64,000 nucleotides of DNA from Octopus vulgaris (Eukaryota), in assembly GCA_951406725.2 (NCBI GenBank), contig OX597816.1, positions 167,400,001 through 167,464,000 on the forward strand, given 5' to 3'. Position 1 is the first letter of the stretch, and every line of letters begins with the position of its first letter. Both the position numbers and the translations under genes were made by a program. The notes under the pieces were generated by a model. It was not told the DNA's origin, searched no databases, and was given only the letters and a program-made list of their open reading frames with translations. Positions 36,261-48,530 of the stretch are shown piece after piece.

Positions 36261-37007
36261 CATTTACAGATTCGGAGTAGAGGGGAGGAATGATAAGGGA
36301 TAGAAAGAAACAGACGGAGTGTGTATGTGTGTGTGTGTGTGTGAATAAGAGAGAGGGTATGAAAGGGAGAGCGCGTGTGAAAGAGAGAGAGAGAGAGCAG
36401 GAGAAATAGGGGTCGTATTTTATATAGAGAGGAAGAGGGAGAGACAGAGAAAGATACAGTGAGAGAGAGAAGTAGGGGTTGCCATATTATAGATAGGGAA
36501 AAAGAGGAAGACAGACAGATAGAGAAAGATAGACAGACAGAGAGATAGATAGGGAGAGATAGAGACAGAGAAAGATAGACAGAGAGGGAGAGAGATAGGG
36601 AGAGATAGAGACAGAGAAAGGAAGAGAGAGAAAAATAAGGGTTGCTATGTTATATAAATAAGGAGAAAGAGAGAGAAAGAGAAAGATAAAATTAGAGAGA
36701 GAGAGAGAGAGAAATAGGGTTGCATGTTATATAGATGGGGAGAAGGAGTGAGAAGGAAAAATAAGGGAATAAAATGTGTATATATGTGTTTATTTATGTA
36801 TATATTGAAGGAAGGATAGAGGGAACGAGTGTTGTGTATAGATTGAGAGGGTGAAATAGATGAGCAGATGTAAGGAACGTAAATAATATATGTATATCGA
36901 GAGAGGGTGAGAAATGGAGAACAAGGGCTATAGAGCTATAAAAAGGGGGAAAGGAAAAAAGGGAACGTAAGTAATATAAGTAGAGGGTGAGAAAGAGAGA
37001 GTGGGAA

Positions 37008-37073
<66 letters not shown>

Positions 37074-38684
37074 TAAAGAGAGAGGGGGGAAGTGAGGGAT
37101 AAATAAAGGTCGTGGGTGATACAGGTAGAGGTAAAAGCGGAAAGAGAGAGAGATGAGAATTAGAGAAATATATATACAGAGAGAGAGAGAGGAGAGAGGG
37201 GGAAAGGAAAAGAGATAGACAGAAATAGGGAATGAAAGAGGTTTTTTAGGGTTAGCGAGAAGGGGAAAGAAATGTTATTGGGAAGAAATGTTACTGAAAG
37301 TGTAGATGGAGAAGGAGAGGGAATCAAATTATATTTTCATCTTTACTAATCATAATTTGTACTTACACAAACACACTACATGTACATATACATACTCACA
37401 CAACCGCATGCATATACACAGTCATTCACTTACGCACACAGGTGCAATCGCACTCACACACATACATACCTATACACACTAATACACTCACAGATATTCT
37501 CACTCACAACCACACTCATACACATACACCCTTACATGTACAGATACACACATAGACTCACACAACCGCATGCATATACACAATTATTCCCTTGCACTGG
37601 CGCAATCGCGCTCACACACTTACACATACATACCTATACACACTAATACACCCACAGATATTCTCACACACAATCATACTCTTACACATACACTCTCTCA
37701 CCCTTTCTCCCTCCATCTCTTTCTTCCTCTCTTCCTCCCATACTTCGCGACATCTGATTCCAACTTACCTCATTTTTCAATCCAAATTTCACCTAAATTT
37801 TCAAAACCGCTCAACTTCAAACGAATTTAATGAATAAAAAAAATATTTCTTTTCTTGTTTGGTGTTTTCTTTTTTATCCTTGGAAAAAATCTTTACAAGT
37901 CGAAAATAAAAGTTCTTTTCATTATTATACGTATTTTATTTCAACGATTTATCATGTAAATTATTTAACGGTCCGCTTCTTTAACAGTTGCTAGATTCAA
38001 TTATTGAGAAAAGAAATTTAAAGGAAAAAAAAAGAGAAGTTCACTCTTTAAAAGAAAGTCTGTTGCTCTTGTTTTTGTTGTTTGCACCTGTCTGGTAACT
38101 TCAACGTGGAGTGATTATTTTTGTATGTGTACCTGTTCGTGTCTGTATATGAAGTGTGTGAGTTTGTGTGTACGTTTGTATGTGTGTGTGCGCGTGAGTT
38201 TGTATCTGAATATGTGTATGTGTGTAGGGGGCGAGCACATGAATGTGTATAACAGAGTAGGAGTGTGCTTGTGTTTGTGTGTGTGTGTGTGTGCATTTCA
38301 AATGGGATCTTACAGAAAAGATCCTTAAAATGTTCTACTACATATTTTTTGGCTCCTTTTCCTCATTGACTTTCCTTTCAGTCATTGGCCTGCGGTCATG
38401 CTGGGGCAGTGTCTTGAAGGAATTACTCGAACAAATCGATCCCATTATTTATCTTTTCTTGTTTACTTGTTCCGGTCTTAGACTGCGGCCATGCTGGAGC
38501 ATCGCCTTGAAGAATTTGTCAACGCATCGACCCCAGTACTTTTTTAAAAATAAACTCTGGTACTTATTTTATCGGTTCCTTTTTTCGCACCTCTAAATTA
38601 TGGAGACGTAAATACACCAACACCAATTGTAAGCGGTGGTGGTGGGGGGTCAAAGACACACACACACACACACACACACTCGTG

Positions 38685-39240
38685 GGATCTTTTCACTTTG
38701 ACCAGTAGGCTTTTAAAATAATTTCTTTGTAACTAAACACTTTTAAACTTCGTATACTGGTAGTGTGTTACATAAAACATCTTTTTTTCTTGGCTTTCTT
38801 GAGAAAATTCTGTAGTTCGTAAGTTATTTCTTGTTAAATTTCGGCAATTTCAACTAATCAATGTCGTCTATTGAGGTGAATACAATTTCTGTGGTTGTTT
38901 GTCAATGCGGTGTCATATCAGTTTTTATTTTTCTATATATGTGGGGTTAGGGTTAGGGGTGGGGGAAGGGTATCTTTTTTCTCATTAACTGATATGACAA
39001 ACTGATATGACACCGCATTGACAAACAACCGCAGAAATTGTATTCAGCTCAATAGACGTCATTGATTGGTTGAAATTGCCAAAATGCAAGAAATTTAACA
39101 AGAAATAGCTTACAAACTACAGAATTTTCTCAAGAAAGCCAAGAGAGAAAGATGTTTTATGTAACACATTCTACCAGTATCTATGAAGTTTAAAAGTGTT
39201 TAGTTACAAAAAAAATCTGCCAGTCAAAGTGAAAAGATCC
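38685..39240. mobile_element. Foldback non-autonomous DNA transposon with ~240-bp TIRs, nested in a SINE
   Basis: GGATCTTTTCACTTTGAC...GTCAAAGTGAAAAGATCC; arms about 38685-38925 and 38998-39240; direct repeat CACTCGTG at 38677-38684 and 39241-39248; spacer contains GGGGTTAGGGTTAGGGG. Confidence 0.9.
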
Positions 39241-39567
39241 CACTCGTGCATGCACACACTCAATTACAATCTACCAATCCACTCACATGGCTTTGGTCGG
39301 CCCAAAGCTATAACAGAAGACACTTAGCCAAGGTGCAACACAGTGGAAGTGAACCTGGAATCATGTTGTTGGGAAGCAAACTTCTTACCACACAGCCATG
39401 ACCATGCTTGCATATGTTTATAAATCTGGCACTTATTTCATAAAACAGGTTTTCACGCAGTTTTCATTTACCAAATTCTCTCACAAATCTTTGTTAGATG
39501 GTCGTGGTCTCACATGGTGAAACCATCTAATCACAACACCGTTCAGAAAGCTGGAAGAATACATATA

Positions 39568-40065
39568 TGTAACAGAAGGGAAAGAGAGAGACACAACCGA
39601 GTAGAATGTTTAAGAGAAGATTTATTGATACTGGAACACTTGAGGAGTGCAGGTCTTATCCCGTTACATTAAATTATTTGTCGAAGGAAAACCAAGACTT
39701 CAAATATCTGCAACAGCATAAATAATATTTATTTTTCTGGATTCGCAATAATATATATACATATATTTCCTTCAGAGCGAACCAGCAGCCATGGGCCATG
39801 GAGCTAGTCACAGTAGTTAAATTGTGTGAGCCAAATGCTGTCTTGTTCCAGCATAGATTGGCTTCTCCATGTGTTGGCTTGCTTGGGAGAGCCGTGAGGA
39901 CGCGTCCATTCAATTCGGCTGCAGCTTCGAAAGAGGTCGATCCAGTGGGAAATCTTGCTGTTGGTAGTTCTCTTCACATGCGCATGAGGGAACTTCTGGT
40001 GGCCTACCGGAAGAAATCCAGCTCTGCGCATGTGCGCTGAAGACTTCCAAAATGGCGTCGCTACA
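39568..40065 (-). mobile_element. Solo-LTR-like segment (~500 bp)
   Basis: Minus strand begins TGTAGCGACGCCATTTT and ends TGTTACA, with AATAAA ~55 nt before the end and CpG-rich promoter motifs in the first part; no TSD, PBS or PPT found. Confidence 0.5.
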
Positions 40066-40453
40066 GGTTAACATGTGTGTCTGTGTGTGCATCATGTATA
40101 CAGAATAACAGACTGGCTGTCATGAGAACAAAGTGTATGCGTGTATAGGCATGTATGTATGCATGTGTATTAAGTATATATAAGAATAATAATGAAAAAA
40201 GTATTGAAAGAGTCTGTAATGAGAAGTTAGATGAATGTTCATAGACACGAGAAATGAGGGTACCAGTTTGTAATCAATTGTACACGGTAGTTGAAACAGG
40301 GTATCAAGAAGTTGCGGCCATGATACTGAGTTGATTGCGGTACATGTTACACAAAGTTGTGGCTGTAATGCTGCTGCCTGGGTCATTTGGTACAAGAGTT
40401 CTTGCAGGCTGTATATTCGCTGTTGACCCATGGAGAAGTAATTCACGAACAGC

Positions 40454-40571
40454 GCTTACGGCCATATCATGTTGAAAGCACCGGTTCTCGTCCGATCACC
40501 AAAGTTAAGCAATGTCGAGCCTAGTTAGTACTCAGATTGGTGACCACTTGGGAAACCTAGGTGCTGTAAGT
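40454..40571 (+). pseudogene. 5S: 5S rRNA pseudogene, full length (118 nt)
   Basis: GCTTACGGCCATATCATGTTGAAAGCACCGGTTCTCGTCCGATCACCAAAGTTAAGC...GTTAGTACT...GGTGACCACTTGGGAAACCTAGGTGCTGTAAGT; helix I ends pair; several CpG-to-TpG/CpA changes relative to typical mollusc 5S; no oligo-T terminator; solitary. Confidence 0.9.
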
Positions 40572-40580
40572 GTTATCGTT

Positions 40581-40920
40581 AGGCGCAGGAGTGGCTGTGT
40601 GGTAAGAAGCTTGTTTACCAACCACATAGTTCCGGGTTCAATCCCACTGCGTGGCACCTTGGGCAAGTGTCTTCTACTATAGCCTTGGGTCAACCAAAGC
40701 CTTGTGAGTGGATTTGGTAGATGGAAACTGAAAGAAGCCCATCGTATATATGTATATATATATGTATGTGTGTGTATATGTTTGTGTGTCTGTGTTTGTC
40801 CCCCCAATATCACTTGACAACCGCTGCTGGTGTGTTTACATCCCCGTAACTTAGTAGTTCAGCAAAAGAGACCGATAGAATAAGTACTAGGCTTCCAAAT
40901 GACCGAAACAAGTAAAAGAG
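40581..40920 (+). mobile_element. SINE family A immediately after the 5S pseudogene
   Basis: Head at 40581, internal deletion near the 3' end, tail AAGTAAAAGAG. Confidence 0.88.
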
Positions 40921-41464
40921 TGCTATGTTGGAACCAGTGCAGTGTTGCTTGAGCTGTGTACATGGAGATATGATATTGATGATGTTAAGAAGATGATGGT
41001 GGTGATGAAGAAAGAGATTGCCATAATGCTGTTGGACAGGTGTTGTCGTCTGGCATTGTTGCTGGAACTGGCTGGGTCTTGTGTGGTCAGTGGCTAGACC
41101 TTAAAAGGTCTGAAACCAAAGTCCTTGAGACAAGGAGAAACTGGGTTTTTTTTATAAGAAGATCTAGGCTCAAACTGGGTTGAGAACAGGCTGTCTTATG
41201 TGATCTTATTTAGGGCTCCAATTGGTTATATGTTGCAGATTGGTACGACAGAGTAAGAGACAAATTGTGCCAATGCCAACGAATCAAAGTTGTGGACACA
41301 ACGGGGTCTAAATAGCGACCAAAGGCTAGCTGTTATCTACTATGTTCAAATGCACGCATATATAATAAAAGGGAGAGAGGAATTTCACTCAAACGTTCAC
41401 TACACATTGTTCGCCCAGGTTTGATAGTAGAAGAGGATACTTTCTCAAGACACCTCACTCACAC

Positions 41465-42028
41465 TAGGCTCCAATCTGATCTGGTAGTGTTTCTACAGAT
41501 GGATGCCCTTCCTAACACCAACCACTCTGAGAGTGTAGTGGGTGCTTTTTACGTGCCATCGGGATGAGGGCGAGTCAGGCAGTATTGGCATCGACCACAT
41601 TTGAATGGTGCTTTTTACATGCCACCAGCACAGGACCAGTCAGCCAGCACTGGCATTGACCATGCTTAAATGGTGCTTTTTTGATGCCACCAGCACAGGA
41701 GCCAGTCAGGCGGCACTGGCAACAATCACGCTTGAATGGTGCCTTTAGCATGCCACCGGCATGGATGCCAATCAGGCAGTACTGTCATCACCCATGACAG
41801 TGACTTACCTTGCCTCAACAGGTCTTTGCAAGTGCAGTTTATTGCTCAACGATTGAAGGGTACTCTTAAATGTACTGGTTCTGCTGCACTGGCATAGGCC
41901 ATAGTTATTGTCTCATTTGGCTTGCAGGGTCTTCTCAAGTACAACTTATCTCCAAAGGTCTCAATCAATTGTCATTGCCTTGGTGAGGCTCAACGTTTGA
42001 AGGTCATGCTTCACCACCTCATCCCAGT
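41465..42028 (-). mobile_element. RTE ORF end plus long 3' UTR with internal ~62-bp tandem repeats
   Basis: Minus strand WDEVVKHDLQTLSLTKAMTID*DLWR*VVLEKT runs into the repeat that elsewhere ends in (GAT)n; about four copies of a TGCTTTTTACRTGCCACC...CAGTCAGGC unit at ~41540-41790. Confidence 0.75.
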
Positions 42029-42350
42029 TGCAATGATTGACTACAGATTATCATAGTTTGATTTGAGTGAGATTTGCCTACTATTTCTAGCAAGTCAAGC
42101 AACCACATAAACGCTCTCGCCCTGGCTCACAGATTGGGTCATGACATTAGCAGAAGTGGTTTTAAATGCTCCACAAACACAGAAAGGTTTTGAGTGAAAA
42201 ATTCAATTCATAAAGTATCTCTTTTAGTAAAAAAAAAACAACAAAAAATGGAAAATACAAGACTCATAAAACATAAAATGTGAAATGGTCCCAGCATCTT
42301 TGTGAGAGCATGTTATATAACTTGAAGGAATGCAGGATTAAAGAGAAGGA

Positions 42351-42430
42351 AATGCTTATAATACTTGAGTTTCCCAAGTGGTCACTCGTCAAAGTACTAA
42401 CCAAATTGAAGGCTACTTATCTTCAACAAG
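42351..42430 (-). pseudogene. 5S: Older 5S rRNA 3'-half fragment
   Basis: Minus strand GAAGATAAG...GGTTAGTACTTTGACGAGTGACCACTTGGGAAACTCAAGTATTATAAGC aligns to the 3' half of the copy at 40454. Confidence 0.7.
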
Positions 42431-42589
42431 AGGCAATCAATTTGTTTTTTTTTAAACTGATGTCATTTGTATGATAAACTAGTGTTGTTCATAAGCTCTG
42501 AAACAAACTCAGTTGACTGACAAACATAAGTTTGTTATTCATAAAAAAAACAGCAACATTGCATGTTTTGTATAGATATGGCTCTCTTT

Positions 42590-43000
42590 CTTTTCTCTTT
42601 TACTCGTTTCAGTCTTTTGACTGCGGCCATGCTGGAGCACCGCCTTTAGTCGAGCAAATCGACCCCGGGACTTATTCTTTGTAAGCCCAGTACTTATTCT
42701 ATTGGTCTCTTTTTGCTGAACCGCTAAGTGACGGGGGACGTAAACACACAAGCATCAATTGTCAAGCAATGCTAAGGGGACAAACACAGACACACAAAAC
42801 ACATACACACACATACATATATATATACATATATACGACAGGCTTCTTTCAGTTTCCGTCTACCAAATCCACTCACAAGGCATTGGTCGGCCCGGGGCTA
42901 TAGCAGAAGACACTTACCCAAGATGCCACGCAATGGGACTGAACCCGGAACCATGTGGTTGGTTAGCAAGCTACTTAACACATAGCCACTCCTGCGCCTA
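42590..43000 (-). mobile_element. SINE family A
   Basis: Full-length match. Confidence 0.88.
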
Positions 43001-43234
43001 TGAAATTATACAAAATATGTTTTATAAATATATAGGTCCAAGTATGGCCATGTGGTTTAGAAGCTTGTTTCACAGTTACATGGTTTGGGGTTCAGTCCCA
43101 CTGCATGGCACCTTCAGCCTATTTACCAAATTCACACACAAAGTTGACCAGTGCCTTGTGAGTGAATGTGGTAGATAGACTGTGTGTGGAAGCCCATAAA
43201 TGAACATTGTCAATTTAATTAAAAACATTCCATA

Positions 43235-43322
43235 TGTGGCTGAAGAGTGTTCTACATTTTAAAACTGATGTAATACTTACATTGTTTAATTAAATGAAGT
43301 AGCATGAAACAATTGTACTACA
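43235..43322 (+). ncRNA. Type I hammerhead ribozyme (family 2), second copy
   Basis: TGTGG-CTGAAGA(43240)-GTGTT...AGCAT-GAAAC-AATT-GTA(43315-43317)/CTACA; stem III is the palindrome ACAATTGT; lies in a ~250 bp repeat (43200-43452) homologous to 35354-35627. Confidence 0.72.
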
Positions 43323-43809
43323 CTACCTTTGGATATCCTTGTTGCTTATTTTGATTATAATCACCCCATTTGATTTATATGGATAATACCATATCAAATT
43401 CTGATGCCTTTAACTTAAGTACTATATTCATCTGAATCTAAATTTTTGCTGTACATACATACATACATACATACATACATACATACATACATACATACAT
43501 ACATACATACATACATACATACATACATACATGTTGACACCACCAGATTGAGTGGTACTGCTCAGGTGTCAAGACTATAGTGCTATCTGTTTGGCAGCTG
43601 ATGATGGGAATGCACAGATGTTATGCTCAACTATGAATTTCTTATGTCTTAGCTTTGTTATTCTGAGTTGTCCTTGATTCTAATAAAGTGAAAAGTGATT
43701 ATGGATCCATGGTTTGTAGAGATTGTTTACATTACTATAGGTGTTTTTTTTTCATTGATAATCTTATCAAGCTTATTGGAGTCTAGTTTTAGGGAGTTTT
43801 TGTTGCATA

Positions 43810-43850
<41 letters not shown>

Positions 43851-44032
43851 GAAAAATGCTTGGCGGCATTTTGCTCATCTTTACGTTCTGAGTTCAAATT
43901 CTGCTGGTGTCAACTTTGCTTTTCATCCTTTCGGGATCGATAGATTAAGTACCAGTTGAGTACTGATCTCAATGTAATTGACTAGCCCCTCCCCTCAAAT
44001 TTCAGACCTTGTACCTAGAGTAGAAAGGATTA

Positions 44033-44034
<2 letters not shown>

Positions 44035-44075
<41 letters not shown>

Positions 44076-44113
44076 GTTATTATTATTACTATTATTATTA
44101 TTATTATTATTAC

Positions 44114-44192
<79 letters not shown>

Positions 44193-44280
44193 AACGTTGC
44201 ACAGTCTCCACATCACACACACACATCATCATCATCATCATCATCATCAGTCATCATCATCATCATCATCATCATCTTTA
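44035..44280. repeat. (ATT)n followed by (CAT)n microsatellites
   Basis: Directly visible. Confidence 0.95.
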
Positions 44281-44459
44281 TCATGATCATTGTTTTTACG
44301 TCTACTTTTCCATGCTCACAAGGCTTGGACAAAATTGACTGAGGCAGATTATTTTCCATGTCCTGATGTCTTTTCTGTTTCCAACCTCACCAGCTTTCAT
44401 GACCAAACGTGTTTTCCTGGGACATCATAAATGAAGGACATTCTGTCAATGATGGTGAT

Positions 44460-44610
44460 CACTAGTGTAGTTGGGGTGGATGATAGGGCTACATTTTTAA
44501 AGGAGCAGCACTTTTGGGGTCTGCTGCAGGCAATATGTATTTTTTGTGGGGTCCAAGGGTGGCAAATGGAAGGGCTGCCTAGGGTGGCACACACTCTAGC
44601 TATGCTAGTA
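44460..44610. mobile_element. hAT-type MITE (same family as 28612, CpG-decayed)
   Basis: CACTAGTGTAG...CTATGCTAGTA; TSD ATGGTGAT / ATGGTGGT. Confidence 0.72.
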
Positions 44611-44934
44611 ATGGTGGTGCTCCTTTAGAACTAACACAGAAAGTCAAGACAAGGAGATACAAACACACATCGTTATCATCAACATTTAATGTCCATCTTC
44701 CACTATGCTGACATGGGTTAGATGGTTTGACTGGGTCTAATGGGCCCCAGGACTATATTCTGCTCCAGTCCCTGCTTTGGCATGCTTTCTACACCTGGCT
44801 GTCCTTCATAATGCCTATCGTGTCATAAGAGTATACCAGGTGCTCTTTCCATGCTACTAACACAAATGAGGTTGCTATGCAGATTGCAAGACTGCAAATT
44901 TCAGGGGAGGGGTCAAGTCAATTCTTTTTTTTTC

Positions 44935-45335
44935 TTTTACTGCCCACAAGGGGCTACACACAGAGGGGGACAAACAAGAACAGACAAACGGATTAAGTCG
45001 ATTATATCGAAACCAGTGTGTAACTGGTACTTATTTAATCGACCCCGAAAGGATGAAAGGCAAAGTCGACCACGGTGGAATTTGAACTTAGAACATAGCA
45101 ACAGATGAAATACCTATTTCTTTACTACCCACAAGGGGCTAAACACAGAGGGGACAAACAAAGACAGACAAATGGATTAAGTCGATTATATCAACCCCAG
45201 TGTGTAACAGGTACTTATTTAATTGATCCCGAAAGGATGAAAGGCAAAGTCGACCTCAGCGGAATATGAACTCAGAACGTAGCGACAGACAAAATACCGC
45301 TAAGCATTTCGCCCGACGTGCTAACACTTCTGCCA
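44935..45335 (-). mobile_element. SINE family B, tandem left-unit form
   Basis: Two consecutive CCCACAAGGGGCTA...GGATGAAAGGCAAAGTCGACC...GAACTC units. Confidence 0.8.
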
Positions 45336-45709
45336 CCTTTCAAGTCAATTCTATTAACCCCAGTGTTGACCCCCAAAAGTGGACTTAGAATGTAAAGAGT
45401 TCAAAGAAATGCTGCTAAGCCTTTTTCTCCATATGGGAGCGATCCTGCAGTTCACTGCTTTAATAATAATAATCCTTTCTGCTTAGGCACAAGGGCCTGA
45501 AATTTTTTTTTGGGGGGTGCGGGGTAAGTTGGTTATATCAAGCTCAGCACTCAACTGTTACTTATTTCATCGACCCTGGAAAGATAAAAGAAAAAGATGA
45601 TTTTGGTAGAATTTGAACTTGGAATGTAAAGATGGCTGAAATGTCACAAAGCATTTTGTCAGATGTGGTGATGATGATGATGATGATGATGATAATAATA
45701 ATGATAATC

Positions 45710-45756
<47 letters not shown>

Positions 45757-45759
<3 letters not shown>

Positions 45760-46151
45760 AGCCTAATAATTGATGTGACAGTGCCAGGAGCTCAACATAT
45801 CATCATGAAAGAAAGAGAAAAGGTTGATAAATATGGAGACCTGTGAATTGAGTTCTCTAAGATGTGGCAGCTACTAGAGTCAAACATAAAGGTTATCCCT
45901 ATTGTCATTGGAGCATTAGGTTCAATACCCCCCAATCTGAAAAAAAAAAAGAAAAACATCTGAAAACTTTAAAAATACTTTACAATCTATGTGTATTGCA
46001 AAAGTCGGCATTACTTGGAACTGCATGCATATTGAGTAAAGTACTGTCTGTTTGAGGTCCTTGTTGTGGCTTGACAGACAGTACAAACTCCTGGTAGACA
46101 CAATATCTTCAATCAACAACTTCACAATATTGGATACTGTGTGACATGTAT

Positions 46152-46152
<1 letters not shown>
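45757..46152 (+). mobile_element. R4/Dong-clade non-LTR element 3' end (restriction-like endonuclease) in (TAA)n
   Basis: LIIDVTVPG..II.KEREKVDKYGDL*IE..KMW...VIPIVIGALG...LQKSALLGTACIL; flanked on both sides by (TAA)n. Confidence 0.85.
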
Positions 46153-46192
<40 letters not shown>

Positions 46193-46193
<1 letters not shown>

Positions 46194-46637
46194 CTACCAA
46201 AAACTGAGAAAATATAAAGATCTTGAAATAGAAATCAGCAAAATGTGGAACCTGAAGACTAAAACAATACCTGTTGTCATAGGTGCCCTGGGAATGATAG
46301 CAAAAGGGGCTGATTGCTACCTAACTCAGATCCCAGGAAACCCCAAAATGGCAGAAATTCAAAAGATAGTGCTCATGGGAACTGCTCATATCCTACGCAA
46401 AATACTTTCTATGTAATCTCAAGGTTTAAAACAAACAATTTTTTAAAAATTTCATTTTATTTATTTATTTTTTTTATTTATTCATTAGACATTCACTAGT
46501 ACAACACCAAACCCACCCCCCAAATATATGGCACACTAGGCATAAAAACAACGTGAACTTCCAGCCTGTTGTCTCTTGAGGTCTCTGGGTGAGATTTGGA
46601 GCCAACTTGTACAAATATAAAGCAAAAGTCAAACATA

Positions 46638-46640
<3 letters not shown>
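46193..46640 (+). mobile_element. Second, distinct R4/Dong-clade 3' end in the same (TAA)n tract
   Basis: QKLRKYKDLEIEISKMWNLKTKTIPVVIGALG...IQKIVLMGTAHILRKIL, stop 46416, 3' UTR then (TAA)n. Confidence 0.88.
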
Positions 46641-46688
<48 letters not shown>

Positions 46689-46965
46689 TAATAATAATAA
46701 TAATGATAATGATAGTAATAATCCTTTCTACTCTAGGTACAAGGCCTGAAATTTGAGGGGAGGGGGCTAGTTAATTACATTGAACCCAGTACTCAACTGG
46801 TACTTAATTCATCGATCCCAAAAGGATGAAAGGCAAAGTTGACATCAGCAGAATTTGAACTCAGAATTTAAAAATGAGCAAAATGCCGCCAAGCATTTTT
46901 TCTGGTGTGCTAATGATTCTGCCAGCTCACTACCTTAATAATAATGATGATGATGATGCTGATGC

Positions 46966-47001
<36 letters not shown>

Positions 47002-47419
47002 CGATGATGATAATAATCTGTTGACTGTCTTCTTCATCAGCATTTTATGAGACATCACCAGCTGCATGTTTTCCATGTGTTGGAGTGACTGGCCCCTTTC
47101 AACATCCATATTAGGGTATCCAGGGTGTTATAGGGGTATATAAGACTGCATGGATAACCTGTCTGATGAAGGCATTTGTAAACAATCTGCAGAAACAGAT
47201 AAGATTAAGGTGATTAGAGGGGCTTATGGAATGTATATTGGCTCATAAAGTGTGTAATGTGTGTGTGTGTGTGCGTGTGTACGTGTGTGTGTACACATTT
47301 GTGTGTAAGTGTATGATTGTGATTGTTCTACTGGCTCTTTCTATGTTCCTCTTCTGCACATCAAACGAGGAATACACATGTACACACATATATGTGCATC
47401 TGTGTTTTATACATATATG

Positions 47420-47465
<46 letters not shown>

Positions 47466-47468
47466 CAT

Positions 47469-47499
<31 letters not shown>

Positions 47500-47752
47500 C
47501 ACATACACACACACATAGATATATACACATATATATATACATACATCATCATCATCATCATCATCATCGTTCAACATCCGTTTTCCATGCTAGCATGGGT
47601 TGGACGATTCGACCTGGGTCTGGGAAGCCAGGAGGCTGCACCAGGCTCCAGTCTAATCTGGCAGTGTTTCTACGGCTGGATGCCCTCCCTAACGCTAACC
47701 ACTCCGTGAATATATACATATATATATGTATGTATCTATGTATGTGTGTATG

Positions 47753-47809
<57 letters not shown>

Positions 47810-47966
47810 CATTCATACAGTTGACAAAACTGTCCAACGAACAGGAATGTGAAACTCCGAGTAACACCTTTTATTGTATTTCTGCTGCTTTTAAACAAAG
47901 CATATTACTCTACCTCTGGTATTTGAGTACTCTGTTTTCCACCTTGTTTCACATTTATGTGCTTAC

Positions 47967-48090
<124 letters not shown>

Positions 48091-48212
48091 TGTATATATG
48101 TATGTATATGTATGTGTGTGTGTGTGTGTTTGTGTGTGCACGTGAGTGGCTATGTATGGATGTGGGTGGGAATGCACATTCATGCCTAAGAGTGCATGAC
48201 AAGTTAATAGAC

Positions 48213-48374
48213 TGGAGTGGCTGTGTGGCAAAAAGCTTGCTTACCAACCACATGGTTCCGGGTTCAGTCCCACTGCATGGCACCTTGGGCAAGTGTCTTC
48301 TACTATTGCCTCAAGCTGACCAAAGCCTTGTGAGTGGATTTGGTAGATGGAAACTGAAAGCAGCCCATCGTGTG

Positions 48375-48411
<37 letters not shown>

Positions 48412-48530
48412 GTCCCTGCCTCTATCACTTGACAACCTATGTTTGTGTGTTTACATCCCCGTAACTTCGCTGTTATGTAAAAGAGACCGATAGAATAAGT
48501 ACTAGGCTTATAAAAGATAAGTCTTGGGGT
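48213..48530 (+). mobile_element. SINE family A (3'-truncated)
   Basis: Head and body match. Confidence 0.82.

Noticed and set aside
40454-40571. Functional 5S rRNA gene
   Set aside because: Solitary, multiple CpG-decay substitutions, no oligo-T terminator.
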